DNA of 62,100 bases, filler included. It is 4 parts of 4 records of this genome, joined end to end, with 100 filler letters (N's around TTAATTAATTAA, not from the genome) between each part and the next. Parts side by side here need not be neighbours in the genome. Positions count along the whole stretch, not along the records: positions 41,355 to 62,100 come from SRR20825006_1045; 3 more parts are not named here. One strand, written 5' to 3'. Shown here one piece after another: positions 49,457-59,533 of the stretch. Made by a program: the position numbers and the translations under genes. How positions within the stretch are numbered: the first letter of the stretch is position 1; every line of letters begins with the position of its first letter. Under the pieces are notes generated by a model that was not told the origin of the DNA, ran no database searches, and worked only from the letters and a program-made list of their open reading frames with translations.

Positions 49457-50989
49457 ATGCCACGCATTACCTTCACCCGTCGCCAGACCCTGCTGGGCAC
49501 CGCCGCCCTTGGCGTTTCCATGTCCATGCCGTCCCTGTCACGCGCCCAATCGCGTCCGATGATCACCCACGGCGTGATGTCCGGCGATGTCGCCCATGAC
49601 GGTGCTGTGATCTGGAGCCGCGCCGACCGCGAGGCCAAGATGCTGGTGGAATGGGCCACCACCGAAAGTATGACCGACGCACGCGCCGTACCCGCGCTGG
49701 CCGTGGGCACGCCCACGGATTACACAGGCAAGATGGCCCTGACCGGCCTGCCCAGCGATCAGGACATCTTTTACCGCGTGACCATGGCCGATCTGGCCGA
49801 CGGCACCCTGTCCGAACCCACCACAGGCACGTTCCGCACCGCGCCTATGGGCAACCGCGACATCAGCTTTGTCTGGTCGGGCGACACCGCAGGTCAGGGC
49901 TGGGGCATCGACGAGGACCGCGGCGGCATGACCACCTATGCCACCATGCTGAACCACAACCCCGACTTTTTCCTGCATTCGGGCGACACCGTCTATGCCG
50001 ACGGTCCGCTGAAAGAAGAGGTCGAGCTGGCTGACGGCACCATCTGGAAAAACATCGTCACCCCCGCCAAGACCAAAGTGGCCGAGACGCTGGAAGAATT
50101 CCGCGGTCAGCACCTGTACAACTACATGGACAAGAACGTGAAGGCGCTGAACGCTGCCGTTCCGATCATCGCCCAGTGGGACGACCACGAGGTCACGAAC
50201 AACTGGTATCCCGACGAGGTTCTGGCCGAAGACGACCGTTACACCGTCAAATCCATGCAAACGCTGTCTGCCCGCGCCCACCGCGCATTCCACGAAATGA
50301 TGCCGACACGGCAATCGCTGGCCGAGCCGATGCGCGTCTATCGCAAGGTGTCCTACGGCCCGTTGCTGGACATCTTTGTCATCGACATGCGCACCTATCG
50401 CGGCGACAACACTGCCAACACCGAAGCCGAGGGCACGCCGTTCCTTGGCGCCCATCAGCTGGCATGGCTGAAACGGGAAATGGTGAATTCCACGGCCACA
50501 TGGAAGGTGATCGCGTCTGACATGCCCATCGGCATGATGGTGCGCGACGGCGACAACATGGAAAACGGTGCGAACGGCGACGGTCCCGTGCTGGGCCGCG
50601 AAAAAGACATCGCAGCGGTTTTGTCGTTCATCAAGGCGGCTGAAATCACCAACACCGTCTGGCTGACAGCCGATGTGCACTACACCGCCGCGCACCACTA
50701 TTCGCCCGACCGCGCGGTGTTCCAGGAATTTGAGCCCTTCTGGGAATTCGTATCGGGCCCGCTGCACGCCGGCACCTTCGGCCCCAGCGATTACGACAAC
50801 ACATTCGGCCCCGAGGTCCGCTATGCCAAGCACCCCGAGCCGGGTCAGGCCAACCTGCCGCCCAGCGACGGCATGCAGTTCTTTGGCAAGGTCGACATTG
50901 CCGCCGACACCGGCGTGATGACCGTGCGCCTGATGGACAGTGCCGATGTCGAGCTGTGGTCGGTCGAACTGGAACCCAAGCTGGCCTAA
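49457..50989 (+). CDS. phoD: Alkaline phosphatase D, Tat-exported
   Basis: TRRQTLL twin-arginine signal; HGVMSGD, HSGDTVYAD, QWDDHEV.NN, DMRTYR, WLTADVHY, WEFVSGP. Confidence 0.95.
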   Translation: MPRITFTRRQTLLGTAALGVSMSMPSLSRAQSRPMITHGVMSGDVAHDGAVIWSRADREAKMLVEWATTESMTDARAVPALAVGTPTDYTGKMALTGLPSDQDIFYRVTMADLADGTLSEPTTGTFRTAPMGNRDISFVWSGDTAGQGWGIDEDRGGMTTYATMLNHNPDFFLHSGDTVYADGPLKEEVELADGTIWKNIVTPAKTKVAETLEEFRGQHLYNYMDKNVKALNAAVPIIAQWDDHEVTNNWYPDEVLAEDDRYTVKSMQTLSARAHRAFHEMMPTRQSLAEPMRVYRKVSYGPLLDIFVIDMRTYRGDNTANTEAEGTPFLGAHQLAWLKREMVNSTATWKVIASDMPIGMMVRDGDNMENGANGDGPVLGREKDIAAVLSFIKAAEITNTVWLTADVHYTAAHHYSPDRAVFQEFEPFWEFVSGPLHAGTFGPSDYDNTFGPEVRYAKHPEPGQANLPPSDGMQFFGKVDIAADTGVMTVRLMDSADVELWSVELEPKLA

Positions 50990-51009
50990 GCTTTGCCGCC
51001 TGAAACACC

Positions 51010-51038
51010 AAAGTCGCCCGTATCATCGGGCGGCTTTT
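51010..51038. terminator. Bidirectional terminator between phoD and the ABC exporter
   Basis: AAAGTCGCCCG-TATCAT-CGGGCGGCTTTT. Confidence 0.8.
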
Positions 51039-51050
51039 GCATGTGCGGTC

Positions 51051-52883
51051 CTACTCTGCCGCTTCGGTCCGCAGGAAACCACCCGACTGAAGGTTCCAAT
51101 ACTGCGCGTACAGCCCGCCCTCTTTCAACAGCGCCTCGTGGCTGCCGTCTTCGACGATCCGGCCCTGATCCATCACGATGATCCGGTCCATTTCGGTCAG
51201 CGTCGACAGACGGTGGGCGATGGCCAGCACCGTCTTGCCCTGCATTACTCGGTCCAGCGCCGATTGAATCGCCGCCTCGACCTCGCTGTCCAGCGCGCTG
51301 GTTGCCTCGTCCAGGATCAGGATCGGCGCGTTTTTCAGAATGGCGCGCGCCAAAGCGATCCGCTGCCGCTGACCACCCGACAGCTTCACCCCGCGCTCGC
51401 CCAGGTGTGCGTGGTAGCCGGTGCGGCCTTTGTGATCTTCCAGATCCAGAATGAAGCTGTGCGCCTCGGCCTCGCGGGCGGCCTGAAACACCTCTTCGTC
51501 CGTCGCCTCGGGGCGGCCATAGCGGATGTTGTCCATGGCCGAGCGGTTGAACATCGCGGTTTCCTGCGTGACCATGCTGATGCTGCGCCGCAGGCTTTCC
51601 TGTGTCACGGTGCTGGTGTCGGTGCCATCAATGCTGATCGTGCCGCCTTCGGTCTCGTACAGCCGCAGCAGCAACGCCACGAGAGTCGACTTCCCCGCGC
51701 CCGATGCGCCGACGATGCCGATCTTTTGCCCCGGCTCGATGTGCAGGTTCACGCCCGAGATCCCGCCCACGTCGCGTCCGTAGGCAAAATCCAGATCCTT
51801 GATAACGATGCCGCCCCGTCCCACGTCCAGATCACGCGCATCGGGATTGTTTTCGGTCCGGTTGCGCGGGGTCAGCGTGTGAATGCCGTCCTCGATCTCG
51901 CCAATGCTGGAATAGATCGCCATCAGCGTAAAGCTGACCCAACCCGTCATCTGCGCAATACGGATGGCCACGGCACCTGCGGCGACGATGTCGCCCTGTG
52001 TGGCAATGCCCTGTTTCCACAGGATCAGCGTCCAGCCCAGCAGCAGCACCGGCAACAGCCCCGCCAGCGTCATCAGGCAGAACCGGAAGCCCGCCGAGAG
52101 ATAGCCAAAGTCCAACGCGGTCCGGCGGAAGTTGCCCATTGCGCCCAGCGCCGCGCGGTCTTCGTGATCGTCGTGGGCGAACAGCTTGACCGTCTTGATG
52201 TTGGTGATCGTATCCACGATCTGCCCCGACACCATCGCCCGCGCGCCCGCCCGCGCCGCAGAGCGATGGCGGATGCGCGGCAGGAACCAGCGGATCATCA
52301 GGAAATACCCCATCAGCCAGACCAGAAAGCCCAGCCCGATCTTCCAGTCAATCGCCACCAGCAACAGCATGGACCCCGCCAGCGACGCCAGCGCAAAGGC
52401 GACGACGTTGATCACCTCGACAACCACATCCGTCACCGCCCGCGCGGTCTGCATCTGCTTTTGCGCGATGCGGCCGGCAAAATCGTTGTCAAAGAACCGC
52501 ACCGATTGCCCCAGCGTCCAGCGGTGCAGACGCGACAGCACCAGCGGGTTCAGGTTCGGCTGAACGATGATTGCGTTCGCCGAAGAGGACAGACCAAACA
52601 ACAAGGGCCGCGCCAGCAGAAAGAACGCAACCGCACCCAGGATCAGGACAAGGTTGTCCGGCGCAAAGAACCCGTCAGGACCCAACGCCGAACTGGCGTC
52701 AATCACCTTGCCCAGAATCCACGCCGTCCCCGCCTCGACCGTGCCGGCCGCCGCCGAGAAAAACGCAGCGATCCACAACGCAGGCCACGCCCCCGACAGC
52801 GCCCAGCGCATGAAGGGGGACAGGGTCTGTGGTGGCGGTCCGTCTGCGGGACGAAAGGCGTGTATCCATTTGGCAATGTTCAT
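51051..52883 (-). CDS. ABC exporter half-transporter (fused TMD + NBD), second subunit
   Basis: Six TM helices, GASGAGKST, LSGGQRQR, ILDEATSALD, IAHRLST. Confidence 0.95.
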   Translation of the reverse strand: MNIAKWIHAFRPADGPPPQTLSPFMRWALSGAWPALWIAAFFSAAAGTVEAGTAWILGKVIDASSALGPDGFFAPDNLVLILGAVAFFLLARPLLFGLSSSANAIIVQPNLNPLVLSRLHRWTLGQSVRFFDNDFAGRIAQKQMQTARAVTDVVVEVINVVAFALASLAGSMLLLVAIDWKIGLGFLVWLMGYFLMIRWFLPRIRHRSAARAGARAMVSGQIVDTITNIKTVKLFAHDDHEDRAALGAMGNFRRTALDFGYLSAGFRFCLMTLAGLLPVLLLGWTLILWKQGIATQGDIVAAGAVAIRIAQMTGWVSFTLMAIYSSIGEIEDGIHTLTPRNRTENNPDARDLDVGRGGIVIKDLDFAYGRDVGGISGVNLHIEPGQKIGIVGASGAGKSTLVALLLRLYETEGGTISIDGTDTSTVTQESLRRSISMVTQETAMFNRSAMDNIRYGRPEATDEEVFQAAREAEAHSFILDLEDHKGRTGYHAHLGERGVKLSGGQRQRIALARAILKNAPILILDEATSALDSEVEAAIQSALDRVMQGKTVLAIAHRLSTLTEMDRIIVMDQGRIVEDGSHEALLKEGGLYAQYWNLQSGGFLRTEAAE

Positions 52884-54718
52884 GCCGGGTCCTCTGGGTT
52901 CAGGAAACCGCCCGACTGGCGGGTCCAGAACTGGCTATATAGTCCGCCCTTGGCCAAAAGCGCGTCGTGGCTGCCGTCTTCGATGATCTTTCCGGCGTCC
53001 AGCACCAGAATGCGATCCATTTCGGCAATGGTTGACAGACGGTGCGCGATGGCGATCACCGTTTTGCCCTCCATCATCTTGTACAGCGTGCCTTGGATCG
53101 CTTCTTCGACCTCGCTGTCCAGCGCGCTGGTCGCCTCGTCCAGCAACAGGATCGGCGCGTTCTTCAGGATCACCCGCGCCAGCGTCACCCGCTGACGCTG
53201 ACCACCCGACAGCTTTACACCGCGTTCACCCACCTGCGCGTCATAGCCGACGTTGCCGGCCGGATCGGTCAGCGTGGTGATGAAATCATGCGCCTCGGCC
53301 TGTTTGGCGGCGGCGATCATCTCGGCCTCGGTCGCGTCGGGTTTGCCGTACAGGATGTTTTCGCGCACCGACCGGTGCAACAGGCTGCTTTCCTGCTGCA
53401 CCATACCGACACTCAGCCGCAGACTGTCCTGCGTCACCTTGGTGATGTCCTGACCGTCAATCTCGATCCGCCCGCTTTCTGGGTCGTAAAACCGCAACAG
53501 CAGCTTGACCAGCGTGGACTTGCCCGCGCCCGATCGTCCGATCAGGCCGACCTTTTCGCCGGGTTGGATCGTCAGATCAATCGCCTCAAGCCCGCCCGAA
53601 GCGCGGCCATAGTGATGCGTCAACGCCTTCAGCTCGATCCGCCCGTCGGTCAGCGCCAGCGGCTTCGCCTTGGGCGCATCCACCAGCGTCACAGGCTGGG
53701 CAATGGTTTCCATGCCTTCGGCCACGACACCCAGTTCGCGGAAAAACGTGGTCAGCGCCCACATGATCCAGCCGGTCATCGCGTTCAACCGCAACGCCAG
53801 CGCCGTCGCCGCCGCCACCGTGCCGACCGACGCCTGCCCCTGAACCCACAGCGCAATCGCCCAGCCGACAACGCCGACAATCAGCAGACCGTTCAACACC
53901 ACCAGCGAGAAATCCATCGTGGTGAAAATCCGCATTTCGGTCTGGAATGTCTTGCGCGTGTGTTCGATCGCCTCCTTGGCATAGTTCAGCTCGCTGTCGT
54001 GGTGGGCGAACATCTTGACCGAATGAATGTTGGTATAGGCATCGACCACACGGCCCGTGACCGCGCTGCGCGCATCCGATGCCGCCTTGGACGCGGGACC
54101 GACGCGCCGGGTCGTCCAGTTGATCAGCAATCCGTACAGCACCATCCAGATCACCAACGGCAGCAACAGCCGTGCGTCGGACGTGGACAACAGGATCGCC
54201 GCGCCGATCATATAGGCCAGCGAATAGGAAATCGCGTCAAACACCTGAAACACCACCTCGCCGGCGGCGGGAGGCGTTTGCATGATGCGGTTGGCGATGC
54301 GCCCGGCAAAGTCGTTCTCGAACCAGCCGACGGACTGACGCAGGACATGCTTGTGCGACCGCCAGCGGATCAACGTGCCAAAGTTCACGATGATCGTGTT
54401 GTTCAGCAACATCACGTCCAGCAACTGGATCAGCGGCCGCAACGTCAGGATAAAGATGGCTACCGCGATCAGCTCGACCTTGTGCGCCGCCCAGACTTCG
54501 GACGGCGTACCTTGCAGCAGGTCAACGACCCGCCCCATGTAATAGATCAGCCCGATTTCAATCGCAGCAATGACGATGGACAGAATGCCCGTCAGGACAA
54601 ACACTGTTTTGAACGGCTTGGCATACTCGCGCATGAACGGCCACAACCGCGTGGGCGGTGTGTTGGTTTCGGCAAAAGGCGCATAGGGATCGACGAGGTT
54701 TTCGAAAAATTTGAACAT
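52880..54718 (-). CDS. ABC exporter half-transporter (fused TMD + NBD), first subunit
   Basis: Six TM helices, GRSGAGKST, LSGGQRQR, LLDEATSALD; ATGA overlap with its paralog suggests a heterodimer. Confidence 0.95.
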   Translation of the reverse strand: MFKFFENLVDPYAPFAETNTPPTRLWPFMREYAKPFKTVFVLTGILSIVIAAIEIGLIYYMGRVVDLLQGTPSEVWAAHKVELIAVAIFILTLRPLIQLLDVMLLNNTIIVNFGTLIRWRSHKHVLRQSVGWFENDFAGRIANRIMQTPPAAGEVVFQVFDAISYSLAYMIGAAILLSTSDARLLLPLVIWMVLYGLLINWTTRRVGPASKAASDARSAVTGRVVDAYTNIHSVKMFAHHDSELNYAKEAIEHTRKTFQTEMRIFTTMDFSLVVLNGLLIVGVVGWAIALWVQGQASVGTVAAATALALRLNAMTGWIMWALTTFFRELGVVAEGMETIAQPVTLVDAPKAKPLALTDGRIELKALTHHYGRASGGLEAIDLTIQPGEKVGLIGRSGAGKSTLVKLLLRFYDPESGRIEIDGQDITKVTQDSLRLSVGMVQQESSLLHRSVRENILYGKPDATEAEMIAAAKQAEAHDFITTLTDPAGNVGYDAQVGERGVKLSGGQRQRVTLARVILKNAPILLLDEATSALDSEVEEAIQGTLYKMMEGKTVIAIAHRLSTIAEMDRILVLDAGKIIEDGSHDALLAKGGLYSQFWTRQSGGFLNPEDPA

Positions 54719-54789
54719 GAGGGACCTGTAGGAAAGACGGAATTCAACTGGGGCTTGCGCTCGATTGCAGCCCGTTCAATCAGCTGTGG

Positions 54790-54816
54790 TTATGAAAACC
54801 AAATCCCGCGGTACAT
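54790..54816 (-). CDS. Candidate leader peptide MYRGIWFS upstream of the ABC exporter operon
   Basis: GAGGAG-8 nt-ATG TAC CGC GGG ATT TGG TTT TCA TAA; embedded in a foldable leader. Confidence 0.45.
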   Translation of the reverse strand: MYRGIWFS

Positions 54817-54867
54817 GTCGCACTCTCCTCGTGTCTTGCATCCAGATAGCCCGAAACGCGGGGAATG

Positions 54868-56022
54868 TCAGCCCAAAAGCTGCGCGCGGGTCAGCTTAAA
54901 GTCCGAAGCGATCCAACGCGCCTCCAACTCTTTCAGCTTTGCACCCAGTTCCGGGCCATGCAGCGCGGGCATCAGATCACCCGCAGCGATTGGAAACTTC
55001 GCCGCATCACCCCGGGCCGCGGCAGCCGCATCGCCCACGTTTACAGGCGTTTCGAACAAGGCGGACCGCAGTGCGATCACATCCAGCGCGACGTTCCGTC
55101 CGTGGCGATAACCCAGTTCGGCGGCTCCTTCGCCGGTGCCCGCAAGCTCTCGCAGAACCGCGAGTTTCCGCGCATCCGCCCGTGACAAACGCAACCGGTC
55201 GGCCACATCCTCACCCCCCAGAACCGCCAGACGGCGCATCGGATCGGGTGACAGGTCAAGCATGGATTCGGCGTGGATCAGCGGCGCCAGCCACCGCGCC
55301 TGTGCGCCGGTCAACACCTGTGCCAACACGCCCACGCGCTCCATCACCGCCACGGCAGGTGCGGGATCGGGCGCGCCCAGCAGCTTGGTCATCTCGGCGC
55401 CGATCCGTTCGGCGGACAGCTGCGCCAGCCCGTCCAGATGGTCCGCAATCGCCGCCAGCGCATCGGCGTCAAAACCATGCGCGGGGTCCGCGTACCATGC
55501 GGAAAACCGGAAGAACCGCAGGATGCGCAGATAGTCCTCGCGAATACGGGCGGCCGCATCGTCGATGAACACCACCCGCCGCGCCAGCGCATCGGGCAAA
55601 CCGCCCAGCGGGTCAACCACCGTGCCATCCGCGCGGGCATAGAGCGCGTTCATCGTGAAATCACGCCGCCGCGCATCCTCGGTCACATCGGTGGAAAAGG
55701 CGACGACCGCACGTCGGCCATCGGTTTCAACGTCATTGCGGAAGGTGGTGACCTCATAGGGTTCACCCCCGATCACCACCGTCAGCGTGCCGTGATCAAT
55801 CCCGGTCGGGATCGTCCGGAACCCGGCGTCTTTGCAGACCTTTTGCACCTGATCCGGTGTTGCATCAGTGGCAATGTCGATATCGCTGGCCTGAACACCC
55901 AGAACCGCGTTGCGCACGCAGCCGCCGACAAACAACGCCTGAAACCCCGCACCCTCAAGTGCGGCACACAGCGCCAGCGCCCCGGCATCGTTCAGCCAGG
56001 GCACATCGGCAGACAGTTTCAT
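54868..56022 (-). CDS. cca: CCA tRNA nucleotidyltransferase
   Basis: FVGGCVRN, DIDIAT, EVTTFR, DARRRDFTMNAL, IREDYLRILRFFRF; ATGA overlap with upstream gene. Confidence 0.93.
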   Translation of the reverse strand: MKLSADVPWLNDAGALALCAALEGAGFQALFVGGCVRNAVLGVQASDIDIATDATPDQVQKVCKDAGFRTIPTGIDHGTLTVVIGGEPYEVTTFRNDVETDGRRAVVAFSTDVTEDARRRDFTMNALYARADGTVVDPLGGLPDALARRVVFIDDAAARIREDYLRILRFFRFSAWYADPAHGFDADALAAIADHLDGLAQLSAERIGAEMTKLLGAPDPAPAVAVMERVGVLAQVLTGAQARWLAPLIHAESMLDLSPDPMRRLAVLGGEDVADRLRLSRADARKLAVLRELAGTGEGAAELGYRHGRNVALDVIALRSALFETPVNVGDAAAAARGDAAKFPIAAGDLMPALHGPELGAKLKELEARWIASDFKLTRAQLLG

Positions 56023-56612
56023 GTCATCCGGTCGGTCCATGCCCGCAACATACGCGCGGTTGCGCCCCAGATGTAATAGGGACCGTAGGGCACCGTGTAA
56101 TAGGTGCGCATCACCCCGCGCCAGCGCCGTGACTGGGTGATGTAATTGTCAGGGTTCAGCACATGGCTCAGCGGCACCCGGAACACCTCGGCCACTTCGC
56201 CGGTTTCGGGCAAGACCTGAAACGGCTCGCCGACATAGGCCAGAACCGGTGTGACCAGAAATCCGGTGCCGGTTTCATGCGGCGGCAGCGTGCCCAGCAC
56301 CTGCACCAATTCCGGCGGCAGGCCGATCTCCTCATGCGCCTCGCGCAGGGCGGCGGCGGTCACATCGGCGTCCGCCTCTTCCTGCTTGCCCCCCGGAAAG
56401 GCGATCTGCCCCGGGTGATGTTTCAACGCCGACGACCGCGTGGTCAGGATCAGCTCAAGCTCTGTCCTGCCCTCGACCACGGCGGCCAGCACACCCGCAG
56501 GACGCAACTTGCGCCCCTCGGGCAGCACCGCATCGGGGTTCAGGTCGAAATCGGACGACGGCCGCCCCGGACGGTCCAGCGCGGCCTTGATGGCGTTCAG
56601 ATCAATCGTCAC
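56019..56612 (-). CDS. CoA pyrophosphatase (Nudix, NudL/PCD1 family)
   Basis: LTTRS..LKHHPGQIAFPGG (NuCoA motif), AALREAHEEIG, IWGATA; GTG start overlapping the hslO stop. Confidence 0.93.
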   Translation of the reverse strand: MTIDLNAIKAALDRPGRPSSDFDLNPDAVLPEGRKLRPAGVLAAVVEGRTELELILTTRSSALKHHPGQIAFPGGKQEEADADVTAAALREAHEEIGLPPELVQVLGTLPPHETGTGFLVTPVLAYVGEPFQVLPETGEVAEVFRVPLSHVLNPDNYITQSRRWRGVMRTYYTVPYGPYYIWGATARMLRAWTDRMT

Positions 56613-57591
56613 CGGGCGCCTTTTCTGCATCAAAACCAACCGTTTTCGGGTCCAGGTCGTAATGCGCGCCGCAGAACTGGCAGTCAGCGGTCACGCGGCC
56701 ATCGTCGGTGGTCATCGTTTCGATGTCGCGCGCCGAATAGATCGACAGGCTTTGCCGCACGCGCTCTTCCGAGCAGGTGCAGCCAAAACGCACCGCTTGA
56801 GGATCAAATACGCGCGGCAGTTCCTCGTGGAACAAACGTGTCAGCAGATCATTCGGCGGCACCTGCGGGCCGATCAGCTCAAGCTCTTCGACCGTGTCCA
56901 GCAGGATGTTCACGCGGTTCCAGTTCTCTTGCTTGTCACCGTGCAACAGGTCGGTCGGCTTCAGGATATCCCCTTCGCCGGGCGCCTTGGCCATCAGCGG
57001 CGACGCCTCGGGCATGTGCTGCAACATCACACCACCGGCGCGCCAGTGCGGCTCGCCATTGCCTTCGGTGCTTTCACCAAAGCTCAGCTGGAACCGTGTC
57101 GGCAACTGCTCGGACTGGGCAAAATACGCTTCAGCGCTGGCGGACAGGGTCGGGCCCACCAGCGGCGAAATACCCTGATAGGGGGCCATGTCCTGACCCT
57201 GATCAATGATGATCGCGAAATAACCTTCGCCGATGTTGTCGAACGGTGCACCATCCGTCAGCCGGTCCGCGTCATAGCTGGCATAGGCGCGGATGCGGGC
57301 CGGTTCGCCCTCTTCGGACGGACCATAGTAATCGGTCGCGATCATCCGCACCGGACCTTTGGATTGCACTTGCAGCGACAGCTTCCAGCGCAGTTTAATG
57401 GTCTGGCCGATCAAAGCCGTCAGCAGCGCCATCTCGGCGACCAGGGCTTCGACCTGCGAGGGATAGTCATGTTGTTTGAGAATACCGCCCAACACACCGT
57501 CCAGCCGCGCCACGCGGCCACGAATGTCCGAGGCATCAAGCTGAAAAGGCAGGACCGTGTCGTCCCACACGAGTTGGTTTCCGAGTGTCAT
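56602..57591 (-). CDS. hslO: Hsp33 redox-regulated chaperone
   Basis: RGRVARL, YQGI, YFAQSEQLPT, AGGVMLQ, CTC...CQFC zinc centre. Confidence 0.96.
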   Translation of the reverse strand: MTLGNQLVWDDTVLPFQLDASDIRGRVARLDGVLGGILKQHDYPSQVEALVAEMALLTALIGQTIKLRWKLSLQVQSKGPVRMIATDYYGPSEEGEPARIRAYASYDADRLTDGAPFDNIGEGYFAIIIDQGQDMAPYQGISPLVGPTLSASAEAYFAQSEQLPTRFQLSFGESTEGNGEPHWRAGGVMLQHMPEASPLMAKAPGEGDILKPTDLLHGDKQENWNRVNILLDTVEELELIGPQVPPNDLLTRLFHEELPRVFDPQAVRFGCTCSEERVRQSLSIYSARDIETMTTDDGRVTADCQFCGAHYDLDPKTVGFDAEKAPGDD

Positions 57592-57631
57592 TGGGGTTTC
57601 CTTATGCGCCGGTCGTTGGCATATCGCGTCA

Positions 57632-57659
57632 ATATAGGCGACGCAATCCGCAGTAAAAG
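57632..57659 (-). promoter_or_regulatory. Possible RpoH-type promoter of the hslO operon
   Basis: Minus strand CTTT-N17-CCTATAT, one mismatch from alphaproteobacterial CTTG-N17-CYTATNT. Confidence 0.45.
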
Positions 57660-57668
57660 GGGCAAGCC

Positions 57669-58115
57669 ATGATCCGACGCGTGGGACCGCCCCCGATCAA
57701 AGGTCAGAAATACACCCAACGGTCTGGCGCCTATGCGATTTTGCCGGTGCCGGGCGGCGTGCTTTTGACGGGTCAGCAAGGCGACTGGCTGGACATCCAG
57801 CTGCCCGGTGGTGGCATTGATCCGGGCGAATCCCCCCTGCAAACCCTGCACCGCGAGGTGCTGGAGGAAACCGGCTGGGCCATTGCGCAGCCGCTGCGGC
57901 TGGGCGCGTTCCGGCGGTTTGTCTACATGCCCGAATATGACCTGTGTGCCGAAAAGCTGTGCACGGTGTTTGTCGCCCGTCCCACACGGCGCATCTGCGA
58001 TCCGGTAGAACCGGACCATGTCACGCTGGTCTTGCCGTGGAATGAGGCGATCGACAGCCTTGGCAACGACGGCGACCGGATGTTCCTGCAACGCTATGCG
58101 TCTGGTCGGATCTGA
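57669..58115 (+). CDS. Nudix hydrolase
   Basis: Nudix box LPGGGIDPGESPLQTLHREVLEETG. Confidence 0.9.
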   Translation: MIRRVGPPPIKGQKYTQRSGAYAILPVPGGVLLTGQQGDWLDIQLPGGGIDPGESPLQTLHREVLEETGWAIAQPLRLGAFRRFVYMPEYDLCAEKLCTVFVARPTRRICDPVEPDHVTLVLPWNEAIDSLGNDGDRMFLQRYASGRI

Positions 58116-59380
58116 TATTCGAACAGCACGCCCGACACGTCGTCGGGAAAGTCCTGGTTGCCTGCAAATTCGCTCAGCTTCCAGACCAGAGCCTCGAAAA
58201 AGGCGGGGCCCTTGATCCCGTGCAGATCGGCCATGATCGTCTCTAACCCGGCCTCATCCAACAGCTCGGCGGCGACATTGGGACATTCGGTCACCCCGTC
58301 CGAACACAACAGCAGCCTGTCACCCCTGTGCAGTTGCACATCGAACTGCGAGAATTGGGCATCGTGGACCAGCCCGACAGGAAAACCACCGGGGCCGACG
58401 GTCTCGATCTGGCCGCTGCGGCGCTGTACCACCGGATGCGGATGCCCCGCCTGCGCCAGCGCCACCTTGCCCGTACTCAGGTCCACGTCGGCCAGAAGCA
58501 TTGTGAAATAATGCTCTGTGTCCATTTCGTTCAGCACCAGATTGTTGATCGTCTGCATCACCGCAAGCGGCGGGCGGGTGCGATAGCTGCCATCGCCAAG
58601 AGGCTCCAGCGCCACGTTCTGTTCCGGCGCGGTGGATGACAGATACCCCGCCAGCCGCGCCGTCATCAGCGCCGAGCTGATCCCGTGACCCGACACGTCA
58701 ATCGCATAAAGCCCCAGGTGATCCTCGCCCGCGCGGAAAAACCCCACAAGGTCACCGCCCACATGACCGCTGGGCCGCAGCAAAAGCGAGACATGCCCCT
58801 GATCCAGCACAACGGACCGCTCGCGCACCAGCGATTGTTGCAATTTCTTTGCCTCAAGCAGGTCCATGTCGATGCTGTCGTAGAGGCGCTGAAGCTCTTG
58901 CAGGGTCTTTGAAATCAAGTGATTCTTGCCCGTCAGCTCGCGCTGCATCTGCAAAATGCGGTCTCCGGCCGTGATCCGCGCGCGCAATTCGTTCAGGTCC
59001 ACCGGTTTGCTGACAAAATCATCCGCCCCGGCCTCAAGCCCGCGTGCGACCTCTTCTTTCTCGGATTTCGACGTCAGCAGGATGAAATAGCCGTAATCAT
59101 CGCCCTGAAGTTTGCGAAAGGCGTCGCAAAATTCCAGCCCGTTCATCCCCGGCATCATCCAGTCGCTAAGCACCAGATCAGGCGTCACATCACGACAAAT
59201 CTCCAGCGCCGCATCGCCAGAGGCTGCTTCGATCACGTCGAACCCCCAGGCCTGCACCGATCTGCACAGGATGCGCCGTTGCAGGCGGCTGTCGTCCACG
59301 ATCAGTGCCAGCCGCCGCCGCGCGCCCTGTTGCGCGTCATTGGTGCGCTGTGGGACGAGGTTCGGGGTGGCAAGCTGCAT
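58094..59380 (-). CDS. Response regulator receiver + PP2C/SpoIIE phosphatase
   Basis: IVDDS, SDWMMP, SKP receiver; VGGD, IDVSGHG, AGHP, SDGVTE, DDVS phosphatase motifs. Confidence 0.94.
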   Translation of the reverse strand: MQLATPNLVPQRTNDAQQGARRRLALIVDDSRLQRRILCRSVQAWGFDVIEAASGDAALEICRDVTPDLVLSDWMMPGMNGLEFCDAFRKLQGDDYGYFILLTSKSEKEEVARGLEAGADDFVSKPVDLNELRARITAGDRILQMQRELTGKNHLISKTLQELQRLYDSIDMDLLEAKKLQQSLVRERSVVLDQGHVSLLLRPSGHVGGDLVGFFRAGEDHLGLYAIDVSGHGISSALMTARLAGYLSSTAPEQNVALEPLGDGSYRTRPPLAVMQTINNLVLNEMDTEHYFTMLLADVDLSTGKVALAQAGHPHPVVQRRSGQIETVGPGGFPVGLVHDAQFSQFDVQLHRGDRLLLCSDGVTECPNVAAELLDEAGLETIMADLHGIKGPAFFEALVWKLSEFAGNQDFPDDVSGVLFEYQIRPDA

Positions 59381-59533
59381 GTGGTTCAGTCCAGTTCAGG
59401 GGTCTTACCCACCGTATTGGCCGATCAGCATTAACGATTGGTCATCATGTCCTGAAACATCCGTAAAATTGCGATCACTTACCCGATGTTTACCTGTCTG
59501 ACCCATCCTTTGGATCACGCAACACAGGGGACC

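Noticed and set aside
35098..50989. Apparent phosphorus-scavenging supercluster (phytase plus phoD)
   Set aside because: The genes lie on different contigs from different phyla.
51051..54718. Near-identical DNA stretches in the two ABC genes as a recent duplication or repeat element
   Set aside because: Identity is concentrated in conserved NBD motifs; the membrane domains are well diverged, as expected for old paralogs.
50940..55111. 751-aa and 689-aa ORFs antisense to the ABC exporters
   Set aside because: Typical high-GC antisense shadows with no domain signatures.
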